In this document: in pieces, positions 57,496-64,000 of the stretch
Numbering within the stretch: position 1 is the stretch's first letter
Layout: each line of letters begins with the position of its first letter
Virus record (IMG/VR): IMGVR_UViG_3300030330_002422
Location: 3,574-67,573 of that record
Length of the DNA stretch: 64,000 nucleotides
Source: a virus
Lineage: Duplodnaviria > Caudoviricetes
Direction: 5' to 3' (one strand)
Translations under genes and position numbers: made by a program
The notes under the pieces: model-generated
What the model was told of the DNA's origin: nothing
Database searches by the model: none
The model's input: only the letters and a program-made list of their open reading frames with translations

Positions 57496-59688
57496 TTAAT
57501 TTTTAATTATCGTTTTATTTATTATTTTATCTTCGTAATTTATACGTAACATATACACCCCAGAACTCATTTTAGATACATCTAAGACATTTACGTTCTT
57601 TTTAGATATAATTACATCTCCGATATAGTTAATTACGTCTATATCAACGTTTTTACTAATGTTGATTTTACTGTTAGTTGGGTTAGGATATACAGAAAGA
57701 GAGTTGTAGTCTAATCTTGAAACAGGTTGAGGACCTGTCCAACCCTCGTAACAATAGTTGTAAGTTAGTTGGCATATATTATCCCACTCATTATCGCAAC
57801 AATAAGCATCAACATCTATTACCCAAGCATAACAAGGATCGTTCAACCAGTATGGTATACTGTCACCTGTTACACAGCCAGCGCTGTACAAGCAAGACTC
57901 TGGATTATCTATGTTTGCGAGTTCGTTATAGTTGTAAGCATTTTGATCCATACACCCTTCAACCACCGCAACACACGATCCATTATCTGTATTGGCTTCT
58001 GGATTGTAATTAATAGCAGTAGAATCGGTACAGCCATAAATATAAGGTATGCAACTAAAATCTTCTGTATTGGCTTGCGGATTATAGTTAAGCATGCTAG
58101 GGTCGGTGCAACCAAAGATAAATGGTACACAGGAATTATTGTCAACATTTGCTAAGGGATTGAAATTAAACATAGTACTATCCATGCAACCATAAACAAA
58201 AGGCTCACAAGAACCATTGTCTATGTTCGCTGTAGGATTATAATTAAACATAGTAGCATCAGTACAACCATATACAATTGCTATACACGAACTATCATCA
58301 ACATTTGCGAGAGCGTTATAGTTAAAAGCGTTTGGATCTGTACAGCCTGGTATCGGTAGTATACAAGAGTTATCATCAACGTTTGCTAAAGTATCGTAGT
58401 TTAAAGCTATAGGATTTGTGCAACCTTCAACAATCGCGATACACGTGTCATTAACATTTGCATTTGGATTATAGTTAAACGCTAAAGGGTTCATACAACC
58501 ATAAACAACAGCAATACAAGAGTTAGGTATTTCCACATTAGCGTTTGGGTCATAGTTTAAAGCTGTGCTATCCATACAACCTAAAACAACCAATGTAACA
58601 CAACTACCATCGTCATAATCAGCTATTGTATCATACTCTAAATAAAGTGGGTTCATACACCCAGGGTTGTAATAACAACTACCATCGTCTGTGTTAGCTA
58701 AAGTATCATAGTTTATAGCCGCAGTATCTATACAACCAAATATTTTTTCTACACAAGTATTACCGCAGTAAGGTTCTCCTATAATAGGAAAAAATGGTGG
58801 TATAGGATTTACAAATCCACCTTCAATATCTATAGCGACATAATCTTCTGAGTACAAACTATAACCACACTGTACAGCTGTAAAGTCTGATTGCTGTGTA
58901 ATTTCAAACACCGCTCTAACAGGGTAACCAGCTGCTAGATTTATAAAAAACGTAGTGTCAAAACCATCTATTAAGGTATAAGTTCCAAGATCTTGATAGT
59001 TAAAAGGTGGTATTAAACTAGTTGCTTGTGATATCTTTAAGCTAGATCCAGCCCAACCATTACCAGCTAAATCTGTTAGTTCTAACTCGTGCATACAGCT
59101 ATCAATGTTAATATCTGTATTAGCTGAGTCTATATAATTATAAGCTAGTGAGTCTGTGCAGCCATATATTTTAGAAATAAAACACATACCCGTGTCTAGC
59201 GTAGCAGCAGGATTAAACTCTACATAGCTCGTGTCCATACACCCAAAAACCGGTGGTGGAGGTGGACAACCAGATGTATATATTGTGTCAAATATTTGAT
59301 AACCAAAATTAGCAACAGGTAGTTCCCATATAGTATCGCCACACTGTTCTATATACACAGAGCCATCGTTACCGCCCCACAAACTACCAGCAATACCATC
59401 TCCATACAAATCATTTATAACAATGTAAAAGCTATCGATAGGCGCACAAGCAGAAGCGTATTGTGGTTCATAATCAATTATATTAGTATAAGGCCCACCG
59501 CTTATGAGAGTGTCTCCGCTAAAATCTACAATATACCAAGACGTTTCTTCTGGATATTGATCTGGGTTTATAGTAATATTTAAGCTCCATGTACTAGGTG
59601 GACATTGTCCAAATGCCGTGCTAATTGAAAAAACTAAAAACATTAATATAATATATATATAACTTGATATGTCTTTTTTTACTTCCAT
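57496..59688 (-). CDS. secreted Cys-repeat protein with Sec signal peptide and type IX secretion (T9SS) C-terminal sorting domain
   Basis: Signal KK-YIYIILMFLVFSIS-TAFG/Q; 13 GC(M/T/I)(D/N)...NY...A..D..SC repeats; C-terminus LSVYPNPTNSKINI..LDVSKMSSGVYMLRI..KTIIKN. Confidence 0.85.
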   Translation of the reverse strand: MEVKKDISSYIYIILMFLVFSISTAFGQCPPSTWSLNITINPDQYPEETSWYIVDFSGDTLISGGPYTNIIDYEPQYASACAPIDSFYIVINDLYGDGIAGSLWGGNDGSVYIEQCGDTIWELPVANFGYQIFDTIYTSGCPPPPPVFGCMDTSYVEFNPAATLDTGMCFISKIYGCTDSLAYNYIDSANTDINIDSCMHELELTDLAGNGWAGSSLKISQATSLIPPFNYQDLGTYTLIDGFDTTFFINLAAGYPVRAVFEITQQSDFTAVQCGYSLYSEDYVAIDIEGGFVNPIPPFFPIIGEPYCGNTCVEKIFGCIDTAAINYDTLANTDDGSCYYNPGCMNPLYLEYDTIADYDDGSCVTLVVLGCMDSTALNYDPNANVEIPNSCIAVVYGCMNPLAFNYNPNANVNDTCIAIVEGCTNPIALNYDTLANVDDNSCILPIPGCTDPNAFNYNALANVDDSSCIAIVYGCTDATMFNYNPTANIDNGSCEPFVYGCMDSTMFNFNPLANVDNNSCVPFIFGCTDPSMLNYNPQANTEDFSCIPYIYGCTDSTAINYNPEANTDNGSCVAVVEGCMDQNAYNYNELANIDNPESCLYSAGCVTGDSIPYWLNDPCYAWVIDVDAYCCDNEWDNICQLTYNYCYEGWTGPQPVSRLDYNSLSVYPNPTNSKINISKNVDIDVINYIGDVIISKKNVNVLDVSKMSSGVYMLRINYEDKIINKTIIKN

Positions 59689-59954
59689 TCTTCTTTTCGT
59701 AATTCGTTTGTAATTTGCTCGTGTGTTAATATTCTTTTATCTTTAACAAAATCAGGTTTAGTAGCAATAGATATTATAGCTTTTGTTTTGTCTTTATTAT
59801 ATCTAAGGCTTTTGTCGCTGTTTTCGTTTATTAAATTAAAATCTAAATGTTTTAAATATGGTTTAGCCCAACTAGCTATAGGCTTTTTCCAATTCCACTT
59901 AACGTTTATTATTACGTAAAACGCTCTTGTTCTTTTGTTGTTTACTCCTTGCAT
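59679..59954 (-). CDS. small tail-associated protein
   Basis: LDFNLINENSDKSLRYNKDKTK..P.F..LTHEQI..EEW pattern, a type seen next to LamG genes in marine phages. Confidence 0.45.
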   Translation of the reverse strand: MQGVNNKRTRAFYVIINVKWNWKKPIASWAKPYLKHLDFNLINENSDKSLRYNKDKTKAIISIATKPDFVKDKRILTHEQITNELRKEEWK

Positions 59955-60760
59955 TATGTACTTGGTGTATCTGATGAAGATTTAGCTCCGTTTTGTAACC
60001 TAATAGCATTACCACCCTCGTCTGGGTTTTTTTTATCTGGAACAGTTACGTTAGGTACAGTTCCAGTCATGCTTTCTGGAAGATACAAAGCTGTAACAAA
60101 ATTACTTCCTAAATAATAATTCGTATTGGTGTTAAAATTAAACTGGTTTTGAGCGTAGTATATTTGCTTTATAGCAGTCTCTGGTAGGTAAGAATTAAAA
60201 AAACAAGTATCACCAATCAAACAAGTATGATGGCTTTGAAATGTTTCACCCCAACCAGAACTACCATCAAGCTCAGCGCCAAACACTATTCTGCTAAAAG
60301 CTGTGCCTTGCGTCCAGTTAGTGGCTGGAACAGATACAGGGCCATTATTAGCCTTGCTTCCGTTTATATAAAGCTCACCCGACCAATTATTACCATCTAT
60401 GTAACCTATTTGGACGTGAACGTTATACCAAACACCATAATCAATAGCAGTACCATCTAGAGTAGTGTAATTATTTACTGGCACGTCAAAATCAAGCTGT
60501 AGCTTGCTAGAACTGTTTAACGATACCTTTATCCAATAATTTTCCTCAGTATCTGAAACTTGAATAACAGTACCAGGGGTTGCGTTTTTATCTTTATTGT
60601 ACCAAAAGTTAAACGCAATACCACGAGCATCAGTAGCAGGTCTCAATGTTTCGTGAAAGGCTACAATACCATTATCATTTACACCATCAAAGATCATGCT
60701 TAATTTATTACCCATTATTCTTTGTGGCATGGGCGGCATACATCTACCTAATCCTAACAT
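59954..60760 (-). CDS. LamG/concanavalin A-like lectin domain protein
   Basis: SMIFDGVND..IAFNFWY..GVWYNVHV..ELYING..IVFGA..IGDTCFFN. Confidence 0.75.
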   Translation of the reverse strand: MLGLGRCMPPMPQRIMGNKLSMIFDGVNDNGIVAFHETLRPATDARGIAFNFWYNKDKNATPGTVIQVSDTEENYWIKVSLNSSSKLQLDFDVPVNNYTTLDGTAIDYGVWYNVHVQIGYIDGNNWSGELYINGSKANNGPVSVPATNWTQGTAFSRIVFGAELDGSSGWGETFQSHHTCLIGDTCFFNSYLPETAIKQIYYAQNQFNFNTNTNYYLGSNFVTALYLPESMTGTVPNVTVPDKKNPDEGGNAIRLQNGAKSSSDTPST

Positions 60761-60761
60761 A

Positions 60762-61091
60762 TTAAAAATCGCTTAATATTATTTCGCTAATAGCTTCTTG
60801 CACTTCTTTTTTTGTTGCCACCATTTTAAAAGATAAATCTGCTTGAAACCTAGCAACTTCTTCACCATCTTTAAATATTATTATAGTAGGTATAACAGCG
60901 ATTTTATATTTACTCTGTGCTTTAACGTCTTTGGCAACGTCTATATATTTTACATTTTCAACATCTGAAAGCTTTGTAACCCAACTAACTTTGTTAGCAG
61001 AGTTCCATTCAGCATTAAAGCTTTTTATTGTTATTTGTGAAAAACTATTTAAACAAAAAAACAATAAAATTGTTGTAATAAATTTACTCAT
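60762..61091 (-). CDS. exported thioredoxin-fold protein lacking CxxC
   Basis: Signal peptide ..LLFFCLNSFS/Q; SFNAEWNSAN replaces WCxxC; YIDV..KYKIAVIPTIIIFKDGEEVARF (cis-Pro loop). Confidence 0.75.
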   Translation of the reverse strand: MSKFITTILLFFCLNSFSQITIKSFNAEWNSANKVSWVTKLSDVENVKYIDVAKDVKAQSKYKIAVIPTIIIFKDGEEVARFQADLSFKMVATKKEVQEAISEIILSDF

Positions 61092-61369
61092 TATTGGTAT
61101 ATTTTTTGTTCAATTTTTTCTAATGTAGCTTTTATTTCAGTTACATCTTCTTGTGTGTTCATGATAGTGTTACGTATCATTTGATCTTTCATATCAAACT
61201 CCATACGTGTTACTTCTGGATCAGGGGCTACAGGCAGTTCTTTTGCCTCTGCAATATCTGCTTGAAGTGTAAACCACATACCAGTCATCGTTACTAATAC
61301 CACACCTAGTGAAATTATAGTCTCTAGGCTTAATTTTACCTTTGTTGCTTTACTTATTTCTGTTGCCAT
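61091..61369 (-). CDS. single-pass membrane protein with coiled coil
   Basis: TM IISLGVVLVTMTGMWFTL; C-terminal heptads; TAATG coupled to the thioredoxin-fold gene. Confidence 0.6.
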   Translation of the reverse strand: MATEISKATKVKLSLETIISLGVVLVTMTGMWFTLQADIAEAKELPVAPDPEVTRMEFDMKDQMIRNTIMNTQEDVTEIKATLEKIEQKIYQ

Positions 61370-61387
61370 TTTATTACTATTTATACA

Positions 61388-62437
61388 TTAAAAGATTACA
61401 TAATTAATACCACACTTAAAGTCATACCACTCTCTGTTCCAGTACTTATTATATTTACCTTCTATGAACATTCCTAAATGTTTATTTATTTTGGTTCCTA
61501 CTATTAAACCACCTGAATAATCATACCACTGACCATCTACATAGTTGTGATAACTAAACTCACCACCATCATCGTAGTGCCAAGGCATAAAATTAGCCCA
61601 ACTATGAGCCCAAAACGTTTTTGTATAGTGGTAAAAATCAAAACCAACAACCACAGATTGTTGCATTTTATCGTCTAATTCATTTCTTTTTCTTTCAGTA
61701 TAATCAGAAAGTACTTGTGGTATAACTACCGCCTCCCAAACTTCAGGGCTATTAGCCACTAAATAACCGTTTGGATCATAATATTCACTCTCAAATACAT
61801 CAATGTTGTAACCTTCTTGTATTGCTAAGTATGTATAATGTATATCTCCATTGCTTAGCTTCCACTCTTCAAGAGGATCGTAACCATAAGGCTCTGATAA
61901 CCTTTGTACAACACCAGCATTAAAAGATAGCTTACTGTTTACTTTATACCTTAACCTTTGTGACGTTTCAAAATATTTTATATCAGCAAAACCATCTTGT
62001 AGATATTCACCTTTTAAAATATAATTGTTAGCAGCATATCTTAAAAAGTGGTGTTGATCAAGATACTCTACACCCTCTTGTCTTTTCATGTCAACTTGGA
62101 ATAAGTATTCTAAACCTTTTGTTTTACCAACATTAGCAGCGTCACTGTAATTAGACTCTGTACCATCGTAAAACGTATTAGCTCTATTTTCGTAACCAAA
62201 CCTAGCTATTTTACGTATACCCATTGTTAGGTTGTAGTCATAAGGTGTTTTTATAGTAGTTGTTGTTAAGCCGTTTGTTACAGAAAACACATCAACATCA
62301 GATATAGATGTACCTCCGTTAGCAGCTACGTAAAACGTAGAAAACTTTAATGGTTTAAAATTTTGAGAGCAACATTTTTTAGGAGCCGAACAAGCTACTA
62401 AAATTACTAAAATAATTATTGTTAAAAATTTCTTCAT
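61388..62437 (-). CDS. putative outer-membrane beta-barrel protein with signal peptide/lipobox
   Basis: MKKFLTIIILVILVAC; many alternating aromatic/hydrophobic strands (YNLTMGIR, YLFQVDM, LSFNAGV, HLGMFIEGKY); ends FKCGINYVIF, a beta-signal-like terminus. Confidence 0.65.
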   Translation of the reverse strand: MKKFLTIIILVILVACSAPKKCCSQNFKPLKFSTFYVAANGGTSISDVDVFSVTNGLTTTTIKTPYDYNLTMGIRKIARFGYENRANTFYDGTESNYSDAANVGKTKGLEYLFQVDMKRQEGVEYLDQHHFLRYAANNYILKGEYLQDGFADIKYFETSQRLRYKVNSKLSFNAGVVQRLSEPYGYDPLEEWKLSNGDIHYTYLAIQEGYNIDVFESEYYDPNGYLVANSPEVWEAVVIPQVLSDYTERKRNELDDKMQQSVVVGFDFYHYTKTFWAHSWANFMPWHYDDGGEFSYHNYVDGQWYDYSGGLIVGTKINKHLGMFIEGKYNKYWNREWYDFKCGINYVIF

Positions 62438-62442
62438 ATTTA

Positions 62443-64000
62443 TTATCTATTACGTCTTTTTCTTACATCTCTTCTTCTTGGTGCAGGAGTCGATGGTTCC
62501 TTTCTTCTTGACCTTTGGTTTTTAAAATCAGGTTCACCATAACTCTTCTTTTTCTTCTTTTTCTTTTCTTTTATATCTTCTTTTATTTGTTCTATTTTTT
62601 CGTTTTTAAGACCAAGGTTCCACTTGCTCCAACCACCAAACATTAAAGCTCTTTGCATAGCTGTATGTTGACTATCTAGTGCGTCTCTAACATTCACGGT
62701 TTTGTTGTACAACCTGTTAAGAGGTACGTTTGTAATAGCCTCAATGTAGCTTGTGGTTGCTGACCACATAGGATTATCGATGTCAAAAGTGCTCATTTCA
62801 TCAATAACCTTTTTATTATAGTTTAATGTTTTTTCAGCATTAACTATTTTTCTAGCCTTGATACCAAGTGGAGGTGAAACATTTAACATCTCCATTAAAA
62901 CAGCACTTTCGTCCTTGTTGTAACCCTTATCTCTTTGCTCATGCCATTTTATAGCCATGTTTTTTAAAGTAGCAACAGCCGCACCCCAAACACCAGCACC
63001 TCTTAAAACAGAGTCAATACTACCGCTTATCATACGTTCTTTCTTTTTTAAGAACTGTTCGTCATCTTCGTCGTCATCAAACATAACTGCAAACAAAGCT
63101 GATTGCAAAGCATAGAACACTAAGTTTTGTATAACAAAATAATAAGCTATTCTAGACAAGTTTGATAAATCACTTTGTAACTGCGTAGTATTACCAGGTG
63201 TTATTCTTCTATTTTTAATATCTAAAAATGCTTTTTTACCTAACCTATTAAACTGTGAGGTTACGTTTTGGAAAGCGAGTATAACCTTACCAAGAGGTGA
63301 AGCTTGTTGTTGCGATACCATGTCAGGTCTTGCAGACTGCTGAGTTGATTCGGCTAATATAACAAAATCAGTCCAAGCTCTTTCCTCAGCTTGTTTTTGA
63401 CTTAACCCTTGTTTTAAATAAGTGTTAACTCTGTTTCTAAAAAACGAAGCACCACCCGTAGCTATAGCTATATTATCACCTATTTGTGTCGGTAAAAAAC
63501 CTATTTGCAATAATTTTTTTATTACAGCTTGAGCTGGGTTTTTAGCGTTTCTAACAGACGCTGCTAGTTCAGCACCGTTGACATCTGTCATTATACCACC
63601 TCTTCTTTGTTTCATGAAGTCTGAGTTAAATATATAAGCCCAGTCTTTCCAATATTGATCTTGATTAGCAAAAGCTTTAGCAGCTGCTAGTATGTTGTTG
63701 TCAGCAAAGTTTATAAAGTTAACCATAGACATTTGCTGTAAAACGGCAGAACGTATGTTAAAGAACATTGTCGATGCAACAGATCCGTTTAAGTAATTTA
63801 AAAACTTGTTTACTAAAGCGTTCGAACCACTAGGCCTGTTTTTACCAGTCTTAGTTCTATAAAGAATATCTTTTATAGCTTCGACAACCTCTGCCCCGTA
63901 AGCAGCTTCTATTTTGTTTAAATTTTCTTTTGAAAATATAATGTCAGCATTTTCAAAAAACTCTTCAAAAAATTCTGCTCTACCAACTCTACCGGTAGCG
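62443..64000 (-). CDS. C-terminal >=519 aa of a giant virion/ejection protein (enters from right edge)
   Basis: Frame is open from 63999 (ATGRVGRAEFFEEF...YLNGSVASTMFFNIRSAVLQ) to the stop at 62443; the ORF-track start at 63768 is internal. Confidence 0.8.
   Translation of the reverse strand, partial: ATGRVGRAEFFEEFFENADIIFSKENLNKIEAAYGAEVVEAIKDILYRTKTGKNRPSGSNALVNKFLNYLNGSVASTMFFNIRSAVLQQMSMVNFINFADNNILAAAKAFANQDQYWKDWAYIFNSDFMKQRRGGIMTDVNGAELAASVRNAKNPAQAVIKKLLQIGFLPTQIGDNIAIATGGASFFRNRVNTYLKQGLSQKQAEERAWTDFVILAESTQQSARPDMVSQQQASPLGKVILAFQNVTSQFNRLGKKAFLDIKNRRITPGNTTQLQSDLSNLSRIAYYFVIQNLVFYALQSALFAVMFDDDEDDEQFLKKKERMISGSIDSVLRGAGVWGAAVATLKNMAIKWHEQRDKGYNKDESAVLMEMLNVSPPLGIKARKIVNAEKTLNYNKKVIDEMSTFDIDNPMWSATTSYIEAITNVPLNRLYNKTVNVRDALDSQHTAMQRALMFGGWSKWNLGLKNEKIEQIKEDIKEKKKKKKKSYGEPDFKNQRSRRKEPSTPAPRRRDVRKRRNR

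Noticed and set aside
1-64000. Alternative genetic code / stop-codon reassignment as in some crAss-like phages
   Set aside because: Long genes are uninterrupted in code 11, TAG and TGA act as stops, and the only tRNA is Arg(UCU).
62443-64000. Direct circular join of the right edge to the left edge
   Set aside because: 3490 + 1558 nt is not a multiple of 3 and the ends do not overlap, so intervening sequence is missing.

Overview
The window is most of the genome of an AT-rich, lytic tailed dsDNA phage of Bacteroidota (probably marine Flavobacteriaceae), distantly crAss/phi14:2-like, read in genetic code 11. Positions 1-37083 (- strand) hold the late genes: a giant ejection protein running off the left edge, internal virion proteins, tail proteins with inserted lectin/CBM-like modules, major capsid, scaffold, portal, terminase, holin, many small Lys/Arg-rich proteins and a groEL-groES pair. 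A non-coding divergence point lies at 37084-37388. Positions 37389-54918 (+ strand) hold early and replication genes: seven copies of a bipartite promoter-like motif, a type I hammerhead ribozyme, a pseudoknotted ncRNA candidate next to tRNA-Arg(UCU), DNA ligase, pyrimidine-dimer glycosylase, sigma factor, ERF/exonuclease, SSB, primase-helicase, a T4 gp42-like dCMP hydroxymethylase with two MazG-fold proteins, endonuclease I and class II RNR. Positions 54945-64000 (- strand) hold endolysin, tail fibre and an unusual exported-protein cassette: a T9SS cargo protein, an exported thioredoxin-fold protein and an outer-membrane beta-barrel. The C-terminus of a giant protein enters from the right edge. 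No DNA polymerase is visible. All family assignments are motif recognition by eye; no searches were run.
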